Shown here: positions 14,971 through 27,000 of the stretch, piece after piece
Layout: every line of letters starts with the position of its first letter
Numbering within the stretch: position 1 is the first letter of the stretch
Assembly: GCA_013239625.1 (NCBI GenBank)
Contig: MU054037.1
Location: 1-64,000 of the forward strand
Direction of reading: 5' to 3'
Origin: Lama guanicoe
Taxonomy: Eukaryota
DNA: 64,000 nt
Translations under genes and position numbers: made by a program
The notes under the pieces: generated by a model
The model's database searches: none
The model's input: the letters and a program-made list of their open reading frames with translations, nothing else
What the model was told of the DNA's origin: nothing

Positions 14971-15099
14971 CTTCCTGTATATGGTTTTCAGTGCTGGATT
15001 TAAAGGTTCCTTTCTTATGTTTAGTCTGAAATTCCATGACCGTCTAATAGGTGAAGGTAATGACATTATTTCTCCACTTTCTTCAAACCAACACTTTCC
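14971..15099 (-). CDS. CC2D2B: CC2D2B exon 9 (129 bp)
   Basis: Acceptor ttgatag|GGA, donor AAG|gtaacc. Translates GKCWFEESGEIMSLPSPIRRSWNFRLNIRKEPLNPALKTIYRK. Confidence 0.92.
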
Positions 15100-15198
15100 C
15101 TATCAAAATATTTAAGAATATAGCTATTAAATATTTCACTAAAAACAAACGTCACACACTATCAGTGAGTAGTTTAGCTTGTTAGCTAGTGCACTTGC

Positions 15199-15335
15199 CT
15201 CTTCTAGTTTAAGCAGGCGGTTTTCCATTTTGTTGCAGGTCTTTTTATATACTTCTGGCTTTTTCTGAATATAGAATCCTTCTTCTTCTAAAATGCGTGG
15301 CATCATATCTTCTGGCAGTTTAAGCTGGTTGATCA
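15199..15335 (-). CDS. CC2D2B: CC2D2B exon 8 (137 bp; GC donor)
   Basis: Acceptor ttaag|TG, donor GAG|gcaagt. Translates VINQLKLPEDMMPRILEEEGFYIQKKPEVYKKTCNKMENRLLKLEE, a CC2D2A/B N-terminal motif (PR.LE.EG.Y...N.MENRLL). Confidence 0.92.
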
Positions 15336-15664
15336 CTTAATAACAAAACCTATATATTACTTTAAAGTCCAAAATATTAAACTGATATTGACCAAATGAG
15401 AAGCAAAAGAGAACTATCATATTCCCTCTACCAAAGTCAAGCAGAAAGTCTAAAGACACACACACACACACATACACACACACACAAAATAAATGAACTC
15501 TTTTAACCAATTCCCTCAAACTCAGAGAAAGTATGAAGAACAAATATAGAAAACCTTATATAATTTTAGATCAGTACTTTTTATCTATCCAGCATACAAA
15601 GAAGTTATTATCCTATAATATTATTCATTAATGACTTGAATATTTTATTGTAAAAGAACTTTAC

Positions 15665-15863
15665 CTGGAGAACTACTTGGAACAAAAATATTTGCCTGTA
15701 GTTTTTTCATTTGTTCTTGATCGTCTTCATAATCAGCAGCCTTTACTTCAAGTAAATCTGGGAAAATAATTTCTTCCATAAAATCTTCATCTTGGCTCTC
15801 AGCAAAGCTTTGTAAATTATCACCAAGTGAAAAGTGTTTGTGGTAACTGTCATTTACTGATCT
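15665..15863 (-). CDS. CC2D2B: CC2D2B exon 7 (199 bp; NAGNAG acceptor cagcag)
   Basis: Translates RSVNDSYHKHFSLGDNLQSFAESQDEDFMEEIIFPDLLEVKAADYEDDQEQMKKLQANIFVPSSSP; donor CAG|gtaaag. Confidence 0.9.
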
Positions 15864-17019
15864 CTGCTGAATACCAAAAAGAAAAATAAGTACCTAAGCT
15901 TGACCCTATGATTAACATGCAGATAAATGAAATGTACTGGAACCTTGCTATAAAGTCTTTCTGATCTATGCTACCCAGTTCAAGTTCAAGCTGAAACTGT
16001 GTTATAATGAACTTTCATTGAACATAGAGGAACTAACTTAAGGTTTATTATTATAAAATATGATTTTTCTATAGCCCTTCTTTGCAATTCTCAATGAAAG
16101 ACTATTGAAAAAGAACTATAATTTAAGCCCCTCCTCTCCTATGGAAAATGTTCTGAGATACTGGCCTATGATATTTCAACTATGGAGATTTCACAGCAAA
16201 GTGCAAAGTCCAGAGATGTCAAGCCATGTGGTCTTCAGCCCCATTTTTCTCACCATTCAGAAAGCAGTACTTCCTAAAGTTACATGGAGCAGTCATGCTG
16301 TTTTCTGGATGGTATTTAAGAAAGAAAAGTAAAGATACAACATAGAAGTCTGTGGCAGAGTGCCTGATTATAGTAAATTTCCAAAATATGATATATAAAG
16401 TTACAAACAATCTGAATATAAAAATGCACACTCTTACAGCATATCAGAAATTTTATGAGTTTCTTCACAAAAAAATCACCAATTCATTTTGGATGACCTT
16501 ACTTGTCTAACTTAAAATCTACATATATTGAAAGAAAGAAGGAGACAGAGTATGTGAATCATGCAAATAAAAATCCCTCAGTTCTCAAAAATTTACATTT
16601 AGGGGTAAGTAATAAAAAGAATTAATCATAGAATTCCTTTGAATAGAGAACCTTATGTGGCCTTGATCCACTGTGACAAGATTATGTAAGTAATATGGTT
16701 AAACATCACCTAGGTTCACATCAAGTCATCCCCTATCATCATACCCTCCCTACATTCCTGTCATGATATCAAGAAAATATTTTACATCCAGAAACTTTGG
16801 TTATCTTTTTCAGAAGTCAAACAAGGTGTAACAGTGACACCCAGGAGCAACACTGGCAGACCTTCAGATAGGGGATCTCTTGAAGATTCCAATCACAGAC
16901 AAAAAAAATGGTAAGAGTGGTTTATCTCAGAGTAGTGGGATTTCACATGACTTTAATTTTCTTCTTCATGGTTTTCTGCATTAAGTTTTTATAATGTATA
17001 CATTTCATTTGCTAGATTT

Positions 17020-17143
17020 TTATTTGTTTTTAATTTGGGGGGGTAATTAGGTTTATTTATTTATTTTAATGGAGGTACTAGGGATTGAACCCAGGACCTG
17101 GTACATGCTAGGCATGTGCTCTATCACTGAGTTATACCCTCCC
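17020..17143 (-). mobile_element. tRNA-derived SINE (camelid vic-1 type)
   Basis: Reverse complement GGGAGGGTATAACTCAGTGATAGAGCACATGCCTAGCATG...GGGTTCAATCCCTAGTACCTCCA plus A-rich tail. Confidence 0.85.
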
Positions 17144-18041
17144 TCATTCTAGATATTTAAAAGATAAAGCTCTTTTCCTGTAAAACAAGCAACAATAACA
17201 AAAAAGGAATGAAAAACTTGACCAGGATACAAAGAAAGGGGAATGGAAGAAATTGAGAAGTAAGTAGGAAGGCAAATGGAGTCCAAGAGGGACTCAAAAG
17301 GAGGACCTGAAGGATTTGGAAATGACTGAGAGGTGTCAAAGGATATTGTGTAGAAATCTTGAAACAGGAGGTAGTGTGGGACAGGGCTTAAGGAAACTGC
17401 AGAGGGATCTGAAGGTAGAGAGGAAATGGAGAAAGTGTAGAAGACAGGAGCAAACAGGGAGACCAATGAGACTGACAGATCAGGGGTGGGGAAAACCCAG
17501 TGACTGATTAGCTCTGGAGGAAAGGAAAATCAGAGAACAACAGGGGGCTGAGGAGTTTGCGAGGAACTGGGAAGAACTGGGAAGAACTGATAGAAATTAG
17601 AAGGGGCTGGGATTGGACTGGGAGGGATGAAGAATGGGAAATCAGTGATGAGTAACAGAGACTATGGAGAACAATGTGGGGCACTTGGAGAGAAGACCAG
17701 GAAGGCACTGGAGCTGACAGCCTATACCTCCCAGCTCCATCACTACTGAACTCTGTGTGCCTGCTTCCTCACCTGTAAAACAGAGATGATGCCTGCCTCC
17801 CAGGGTTTTTATAAGGGCTGAATGATACAATCCACATTAAGAATTCAGCATATCACTGAGCATCCAGTAAGTACTCAGTAAATGTTAGGAATTATTATTA
17901 CAAACAGCTTCTCAATTCAAAGAGAAGAAGGCAGCTCAGTAAAAAAAAATTTCATCTTCCACCAAGCATTTCATTCTATGCCTTTATAAAGAGTTATTTT
18001 TTCTGAGAATGAGTATGTGGGAGAAGGGGAACAAATCCAAC

Positions 18042-18125
18042 CTGCTCTGAAGACTGGCCTAACGCTGAGTATTCTTCACCACTCAGAATGAAAAATGAAA
18101 GACCTTCATCCGGTGAGACTTCAGT
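18042..18125 (-). CDS. CC2D2B: CC2D2B exon 6 (84 bp with available AG; homology extends to 18137)
   Basis: Acceptor ccacag|ACT, donor CAG|gttgga. Translates TEVSPDEGLSFFILSGEEYSALGQSSEQ. The expected upstream acceptor reads TG, not AG. Confidence 0.75.
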
Positions 18126-18366
18126 CTGTGGGTTAAACAATGGTAAACCAGTATTGGGTGCTGAAATGAATACTTTTTCTACTTATAAGGGAAAGAAATA
18201 CTTTTCTGAAATATAGTAGTAGTAACTGTTATTCAAGAACAAGGGATAACAGGAGAGACAATATCAAGTTATAGTCAACCTTGAGTCTGGTTCATAAATT
18301 ATTTTTGTGATTTGTTTTGTTTTTAAGGTTCTGGTAACTGCAAAAAATAAAAAATAAAATGGAAGC

Positions 18367-18990
18367 ATTATTTTCAACAGCCAAGATATGGAAACAACCT
18401 AAGTATCTGTCAACAGAAAAATGAAAAAAAGAAGATACACATACATGAAGGAGCACTATTCAGCCTTAAAAAGAATGAAACATTGAAATCTGTGACAAAA
18501 TTGATAGCCCTTGAGGCCATTATGCTAAGTGAAATCAAGTCAGACAGAGAAAGATAAATCCCATATGAGCTCATTTATATGTGAAATTTAAACAAAGCAA
18601 AACAAAATACTAAGTTCATAGATACAGAGAATAGATTGGTGGTTGCCAAAGGCGAGAGAGTCGGGGGCAGTGGGCAAAATGGGTGAAGGGGGTCAAAAGG
18701 TACAAACTTCCAGTTATAAAATAAATAAGTCATGGGGATATAATGTATAGTATGGAGACTACAGTTAATGCTGATTGCATATTTGAAAGCTATAGAGAGA
18801 GTAAATCTTAAAAGTCCTCATCACAAGAAAAAAGTTTTTTTATAACTATGTATGGTGACAAATGTTAACTAAACTTACTGTGGTGATCATTTCCCAATAT
18901 ATACAGATATTGAATCTTTATGTTGTACACCTGAAATTAATGTTGTATGTCAATTATATCTTAATTTAAATATTTAAAAATTAAAAAGAA
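18367..18990 (+). mobile_element. Older L1 (L1MA-like) 3' end
   Basis: cagccaagatatggaaacaacctaag...tatgctaagtgaaat...gttgtacacctgaaa with A-rich end. Confidence 0.8.
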
Positions 18991-20831
18991 AAACAAACAG
19001 GGTCCAGATCTTCTCCATCTTTCCAAACTACCGCTTCACTCTAGTCAGAGTATTAAGAGCATTATATTAACAGTTTGATCAAAGTGTGAACTCAGGGCAA
19101 ACTCTTTTCTCTCCCTCTGTTTTTGAGTGCTCTCATGTATGTGTGCACTCAAATTCAAGTACCAACCCACTCCACTACAAACTTTTGTGAAGTTAGAAGT
19201 ACTTGAAAGTATTAAAAGTGGCATTTTCTTAGTAAGGAACTTGCTTATAAACAGGCTCTCATTTTTCAATACTGCAAAGTCTGAATCTTTCAAATATAAA
19301 TCACCTATCACTTCTTTCTCATATGCACATGTAAACTAACTGTTTTTAAGAGGTTTGGGGAGAGGATTCAATTCTTAAATACGTACATACGTACATAATA
19401 TACATACACGTATACATAAACCTCCTAGTTCTTGAGAGTCAAAGAATTTTTTAAAAAAGTAAAATACAAAAGCTTATCCTATATCCTGTTTGTATCTACA
19501 ATTTAATTGTCCCATTAACTTAAAAATTATGCATCGTGCAACAATGCTGATATATAAACAGTTAGTATATACTTTTACTTTCCTCTGTCTCTACTCATCG
19601 CAAAACCATTTGCTAGAATCCTCGACTTCCTAAGCAGATATCCCCATCTAGTAGTTGGTATGCAAATTCTTAGAAGCAAATTTCTCTTTCTTTTTACCTC
19701 TTTTCTTGACACTCAGTGGACTGATCTTGACAAACTTCCAAGTTTATGCTATTCAGAGTTAAATTCAATTTAGACACATTTTTATTTATTTGTTGAATGA
19801 AAAACATGTACACAAACATCTTTTTTTTAAGTCTGCTTTTACTTTTAAATGCAATTAAAATATTTTTACTAAGCACTCAAGAGGGACACTTTAGAGAAGA
19901 CAAAGATGAGTTTTTCAAAAAAAAAAAACAATCCTTACATTTAAAAAATTTGTAGTTAAATATTCTCATTGCTTATGGCAAAAATGACTAGTTGTTCATT
20001 GCTGTCTTGTCTCTAATAATAGAATCTACTTTTAGCTGGATACCTAGACATTTTCTCCCACATTCTTTCAGAGGAAATAGTGTGTGCAACTTGCAGGTCT
20101 TGTCCCGTGAGAGATCAATCTGCAGTCCTCTGGCTCTGTCCTTCTCCCTGCCCTTTGCCCAGGAAATGAAGACACTGGAGCTGTGCCATTAGACTCAGAG
20201 GTGGATACAAAGTGTTGAAGATGGCCAAACTCTCCTAGCAGGCTGGAATATTTATCTATTACACTAGAGAGAAATAAAACTTCTATCTTAACTAAGACAT
20301 TTTAGTTTGAATCTTTTTGTTAAAGGTGCTTAGCTTTTACTGTAAGTAATATAGTTCCTCCCAAACATGAACTGCTTTGTCATTTCAAGTTTCAAATATG
20401 TGATGACACATTTTATTTCAGAATAAAATCTGTAAATTAGGGATAGCCTATAATATTTCATCATAATTTTTTACGATGTAAAATAATGTAGAAATAAGAA
20501 GTGACTGAAAATTGACATCTTTTTGAAGTGACAAAAAGGAAACTTGGTTTTATTATATACACTGACTTTACCGTATATCTCCTAATGCCCACTTATATTT
20601 CTAGGGAGTTCAGTTTCTGTTTGAACTCATCCCTTAACAAACTGTGCTCCCAGCCGAAACCCTAGAATAGGATCAGTCATTTACATGGTCTAAAATTGGG
20701 TTATACTATTGACTGTATAATTCTGTATGTTTACTAAAAATCATTGAATCATACACTTAAAATGGGTAAATTTTTGCTATGTAAAGTATACCTCAACAAA
20801 GCTGTTTTAAAAAGTAAAAAAAGTTATTCAC

Positions 20832-20897
20832 CTTAGACAACTGATGTATCTTATTTTCAGTAAGCAGCTGAGTTGAAGATTTTTCACCTTGATTAAT
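20832..20897 (-). CDS. CC2D2B: CC2D2B exon 5 (66 bp)
   Basis: Acceptor tttcag|ATT, donor AAG|gtgaat. Translates INQGEKSSTQLLTENKIHQLSK. Confidence 0.88.
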
Positions 20898-21271
20898 CTG
20901 AAACACAATGTAAATAAACAGTATGGAAAACTTAATAGTCACAGATAAAGAGATAATTGTGTTCATAAGCCTTTTGCCCAAAATGGATAAAAATCAAGAC
21001 TTCTCAATGTTTTTCTTTTAAAAAGTAAATACATGTTTTCCCCTGAGATGTCATATGTAGCTACCATTACCAAATCACTCAAGTTTTCTTGGCTTTAGGT
21101 TTGGGGAAAAAAAAAAAAAAAGAACCATAGGAATGAACTTGAAGCTTTTTGGATTTAAGGAGCTATACTAAAATTGAATTTGGCTCTTTTTTGACAAAGA
21201 AATGCTTATCATAATACATGTTGCATTTAAACAGTAAATATGAAAACAGGAAAGAAAAAAGTAAGCATTAC

Positions 21272-21348
21272 CTTGGCATTTTTTAGCTTTTCTCTTACTT
21301 TGCCTCTCAGAGCTTCTATAATGTTTTGATTTTCTCCCATGTTTAAAT
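21272..21348 (-). CDS. CC2D2B: CC2D2B exon 4 (77 bp), contains likely start ATG at 21340
   Basis: Acceptor ttaatag|AT, donor AAG|gtaatg. Translates DLNMGENQNIIEALRGKVREKLKNAK; ATG context aacATGG. Confidence 0.85.
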
Positions 21349-22584
21349 CTATTAAGAAGTGAACATAATATGGAGTTCATGACACTTTCTTACAATTGAA
21401 CAGCAATAGCATCAGAAGTACTCATTAACTAGCTAAACAGCATGCATTTCTATAGATCATGACAATTATGAAGACTGGGTCATTGCCCCATGAGAGCTTA
21501 GAACCCAAGAAAAGAGATATACCTTTCCCCTTTTCCATCTGGAATAAATACTCATGCATGGTCAGGGCTAACTTTGTAGTCGGGCCAAAAACAAAAGGCT
21601 CAGGTAAGCAAATGTTTATCTTTTTCCTTTTAGGAAAAAAATCCGTCAGAACAGTCATATTCTATGTAAACTGCTCTACAGTCTACAGAATATACAAATA
21701 TCAAAGCCAGGTTACTTCAACTTGACTAAACTGAAGAGGAAGGAATCTGAAAGAAAGAGAGATTAGTCTCTGGGTACCCATTTCAGCTACTTCTGTCAGT
21801 TTTGTCAACTCAGTATAACATCGCCAACCCCTACTTCTGCCAGCTCTTGCTGGGTATAAAGAAGGCCCCAGTGGTAGTGAGCGCTCCAAGCCACATAGTA
21901 TCTTCAGCTCATCCACCAGATGATCCACCGTGTGGACTGAGAAAGACAAGGCTTATGCAGTTCGAGGTACAGCAGAAAACGGAGGACCTATGGGTCGTTT
22001 TGCCTTGTATTTTTCTTTCTTCTCCCTGCCTTTGAGTACTTAAAGGTTAAACAGAAAATGGTGGAAGTAAAGGGTAAGCATAAAGCTAAATCAGTACAAG
22101 TCATGAGAATGTTCGTTCTTAACTGGAGTATTCATTCCTTGGTATAATTTAAAAATTAGTAGTTGGGTTTGTTTATACTCTATTCCCAGAATTTAGAATG
22201 ACAGACGGCACATAGGAGATGCTTCATGAACATCCGCTGGACGAATGAACCGGAGCTCAACCATTTTCTGTGTATATTTCTCCCTGAGATCCAGAGCTTC
22301 CTGACGCAGGTTCTGTATCTATGCATCTTTGTGGTCTAAGAGTCTCAAGCACTAGTAGATTCTTCATGTTTTCAGAGACAGAGAGAAAACAAAACTTAGT
22401 TTTATTACAACTTTGCCTTTACCATGTATTTCTTTATGCCCATTTGCATTATCTAGGAAGTTTAGTTTTGGTTTGAACTTACCCCTTAAGAAACTGTATT
22501 CCCCGTTGAAACCCTGGGATAAGATTTACATTTTTTAAAAATAAAATCCAGCAGGATCAGAGCTGTGGTATACTTATTGAGAAC

Positions 22585-22645
22585 CTTTTTGGAGATGCTT
22601 GTCTACATTTTCTCATATTGCAATGTTATCTCTTGTTTCTGACAT
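22585..22645 (-). pseudogene. CC2D2B: CC2D2B exon 3 homologue (61 bp) with in-frame TGA
   Basis: Acceptor tttgcag|ATG, weak donor AAG|gttctc. Translates MSETRDNIAI*ENVDKHLQK versus recalled human MSEEMDNITAEEIIDKHLQK; stop at 22613-22615. Confidence 0.75.
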
Positions 22646-23922
22646 CTGCAAAAAGGGGGAAAGGGTTGGTTTCCTTGCATGCTTTTGTTTTAGCATTGAA
22701 CATCTTTTCATATGTTCATCAGCCCTTTGAAAGTCATCTCCTTTAAAATGCCAATTCACATCCTCTGCATGTTTTCTTAAATTTCATCCTTTAATCAATT
22801 GCTATGAGCTCTTCATAAATGGTGGGTTTTTAAATTAAGAAATTACTCTAATATCAAAAAGGATCTTTTTATAATAAAATCTAATAGTCCTTAGTGTTCA
22901 TATATTGCCTACTTTATATATATTTTAGGAGGGTCAAATGAGAGCAGACTTATGAAAATACTTTGAAACTCAACACTATATCCATGTTAGCTATTACTTG
23001 ATTACTCTGTAGCATCTGATAACTTTCTAAAAACTTTCTATATCCTTCTCCTCTACCCTTCTACCTCTCTGGCCACTTATTCCTTGTATCCTTCAATGGT
23101 CATACTTCTCATAGCTTTAAAAATAGAATAGCAAAGGACTCCTTAAATGACAACTGAATATGCTAACTAAACTAATGTGCAGTTGGAGTGGAAAGAGCAA
23201 GCAGACACATAACAAGACTTCCAATCACAGTGAAAACATGGATTCACGTCAAAAGCCAAAGCAGGATATCGACATGATCACAATAATCGCCTAGTCTATA
23301 GATTTTCTGAAAGAATTTCAAAATCCACCAGCGCTTCCTGTACCACACTTAAGAACCACTGAGTATGGTCAGTATGAACTAAGATGTTCTATTCTTACTG
23401 AACCTTCAGTATCCTCTTCAACAAAATTAAAAATGCCTAATTTTAATCATGACCAAGGGACAGCAACCCTTGAAGGTGTGATGGAACATCAACTCCAGCA
23501 AGTTATTAATAGAGGTCTCCTTTAATTCCCAATAATTTCACTCAGCATTCTGGATATACTTTCATAACTTTCCATCCCCACCTAGAAGGCAGGAATAAAA
23601 TACGAATCTTAACTGGAGTTACTTGAGGTGACATGTAGATATCGATCCTAAAAATGTTTCACTCACTGATTAATAATTTTTTTTTTTTTTAGCAAAGCAG
23701 GTAGTGAATTGCTGGCTGGCTAAGAGAGCAGATAAATAATTAATATTTAAATAAGGAAATAGATAAATAAGCAGATATATATATAATTCACCTCTGATGT
23801 TCTTTACTACATAATTGACAGTATAATTCATCCCTAAACTCCCTTATTATTTTTTTAACATATGAACTCTGTGGTCTGTATAAAGAACCAATAATATCAC
23901 ATTTTTCAAGATTATCCAACAT

Positions 23923-24008
23923 TTATAATTGAGCTATTTAGTATAATAAAAATCCTTACAAACTCTTATAATTGAGCTATTTAGTATAATAAAAATCCTT
24001 ACAAACTC
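23923..24008. repeat. Perfect 43-bp tandem duplication
   Basis: ttataattgagctatttagtataataaaaatccttacaaactc occurs twice head-to-tail. Confidence 0.95.
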
Positions 24009-24022
24009 CACTAATACTTTAC

Positions 24023-24095
24023 TTTTCTAAAAATATCTTCTTTTTGAAATCTTTTTCATGATGATTCTTTCATTTCCAAATAAATAAGAAATATT
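24023..24095 (-). pseudogene. CC2D2B: CC2D2B exon 2 homologue with disrupted reading frame
   Basis: Donor AAA|gtaaag at 24023. The donor-phase frame reads MKESS*KRFQKEDIFRK (human recalled as MKKSQREDIFKK). ATG 24059 is 37 nt from the donor and ends at TAG. Acceptor position uncertain. Confidence 0.55.
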
Positions 24096-27000
24096 CTTAA
24101 GAAGATATATTATTCAGAGAAAACAGCTGTTTTGCTACTTGATATAGAAGTATGCTACTTAAAAATTTTAATTTAAAAACTAAACAAAGAAATACACTAT
24201 CGCGTTTAGTATTTAGTTGCTGATTTCCTTTAGTATTTTCCAGAAATTCTAGTTAATGTAATAAGATATGTAAAAGAGTAAAAGGTATAAATATTGGAAA
24301 GGAGAAGACAAATTATCATGGTTTTGAGGGTAGGTTTTATACCCAGAAACCCCAAGACACTCTATCAAAACAAGTTTATACATAATGAAAAAGCTAGTAA
24401 GTGGCACAATACTATAAGAGACTATATGTCAAAGTTAATAGCTTCACTATGTGCTAATGTAACAGAAAAAAAATCACTTTCATAATAGCAATACAAAATT
24501 TTTCCAAAATACCTAGGAATAACTTCAATGAAAATACGTGGGAATTCCCTCCTAACTATAAAACTTCACAGTGAGAAAAAAAATCTGATTAAACATAGAG
24601 ATATTCTGTGGAGACAGGAAGGTTGGTTAAGAGGCCATTATAATAGTCCTGATGAGAGATGCTGGAGATCTGAATCAAAAAATGGAAGTGGGAATGAAGG
24701 GTGGAGAAAGATTCACTTAAGAGGTAGAATTACAGGATTCAGTGAGCAATCAGATGTGTGGGCAAAGTGAGGGACGAATCAAGGACTCTCAGGCTGTTGG
24801 CTTGAGTAACTGAGAGGTAGTATCATTCCGAGTGCTGTCAAAGTAGGAAGATAGTTGGGGAAGAGATTAATGAGTTCTGTTTTTGGAAGTTGCTTATGGA
24901 TGTTTATGGTACACTAAAGTGAGAAGTCTAGAAGGTGATTAAAAATACCAAATTGACTTGGAATAGAAGAGGACCAGGTCTAAGTTAGCTAACTCCCCTG
25001 TTTAATCAGTAAAAAAGACATTTAAGAGATTGACTCCAAGACTTTTTAAAAGACTCAACACCTTTAAGATCCTTCTTACCAACATGCCAAGAATAGCCAC
25101 AACAGGAATAGGATGCCAGGAAAAGAGAATTTTGAATTTACTTTCTACTCTGCAAGAATTTCTAAAACTAACTTCAAGTCAGTATTTGGCTTACTGATGC
25201 CTAGATGTACAAATTGTATCTTCTAAGCTGGGAAAAACATTAGCAGTGGCACATCCTATGGACAGTTAAATTATAATAAACTATTAAACAAAAACATTAT
25301 TGTAGAAATTATTAATCAGGTTTTTTGCAGGCCTGGAGATGTTTCTAACCTAGTTCATTTATCACTCCATAAATGATACAAAATAAATAAACGATTATAG
25401 ACAAAAGAGTAGATAAAATTGAAGATCTGGATGAAAACTGCATTTGCTCTAATGAAAATCACATGCAAAAGTAAGGAAAAATTATGTCTCAGACTTTTAC
25501 CTTCTTAGAGAAATTCAACTTTCTGTGTTAGAAAACTGGCTCCAACAGTTAAACCCAACCTTCTCTTCAAGGATATTGCTTATTTACAATTCTTGCAGTT
25601 AAAACTTTCTCTAAAAGATAAAGAAATTGAGGGTTAGCTATTTTTGTATCAGATGACCTGGAGGTCCATAGTCAAAGCCCGAGAAAGTCAAATAATTCAT
25701 TCAGTCTTTTCTGATCCACAGCAGAGGACAATTCTATATGTATAAATGTTTGCCTCTTGCTTAGCATTTAGAAAATCTCTAGGTTCTGCAAACTTACCCA
25801 GCAGTGTCTTTATCACTACAGTGATTCCTGAAATAAAATTTCCTAAAGCCTAGTCTATGTCGTGTGTAAATTTAACATTCAATCACCTTGATTACTTTTA
25901 TCACCTGCCATTTGGTTTCAGGAGTGTTAGCAGAATAAAATTATAGGAAAATTTCTAGTGTATGGAATGGTCACTAAATGTAAATTTTGCTATCTAGTAG
26001 TATTTCCTTGGTTAATTATGAATTAACTAGAAATTTACTTTTCCTTTAGTCTTCCCCCAGCTCTTGCTGAAAATCATTTCGAATGTATGAATCCACTTTT
26101 ATTCCTTAGCAGAACTGAATTTGGTCCAAAATCCAGTTTTATCTTTACCTCTGTTAATCTATTATCACGTAGTATGATGAATCCTTTTTGAACGCCCTTA
26201 TAGCAGGGTTTTTCAAAACATGCTCTTCCGAATTTATTTGATTTGAACTGGGATGCTATGCCAAAAAAAATTAAAGTTTCATTCAAAGTTATGATAAAAC
26301 TAAGCAATGGTAGTATTTTTTCAAAGTAAAAATTTATTAAAAATATGGCACCAGCTACCGTTTACTGGTACCATGAGGTGGAATATGACTAAAAAATTCT
26401 TCAATTAGTTAAGTATGACATAGCATTGTTTCACAGGGTTTCACAAAAAGTATCATGACTTCCCAGTGTTCTGTTTCCTGACAAGTTAACTGTGACCTTA
26501 TTTTCTAAAATAAAAAAGTAGAATCAATGGCCTGACAGAGGATTTTCTGACCTGTGAATTTATGTGTTTGAAAGGCATCCAAACTATATCATCCATTTCT
26601 CTCAGGACTAAGCTTGAAATCATAACCTACTCCATTAGGTCAAGAAGGATTGAGTTCATGTTCCTTGAGACTTCTGGTATATAAAATTTGAGTAAGTGAC
26701 AAAACATTATAAAAACTATAGTATGTCTTGAAAGAGTATACCTAACATACACAATGCAATGTAATTTTGCTACCCACAAGGTCCTCACAGGACTGACAAA
26801 AATGTATCAATGCATAGAGCAACAAGGGCCATGAAGCCCAGAAACCGGACACAAGTAAGTCCTGTGATGCTACCTTTTTTTTTAAACCTGAAGATATATT
26901 TTGGTGCCTCTACTTACACAGTCTCCACTGGAGAGAAACTCAAAATGGAGGCCCTTTCTGTAAGTGAGGCCAAAAGACGCTGGTGTCCACATTCCCACCT

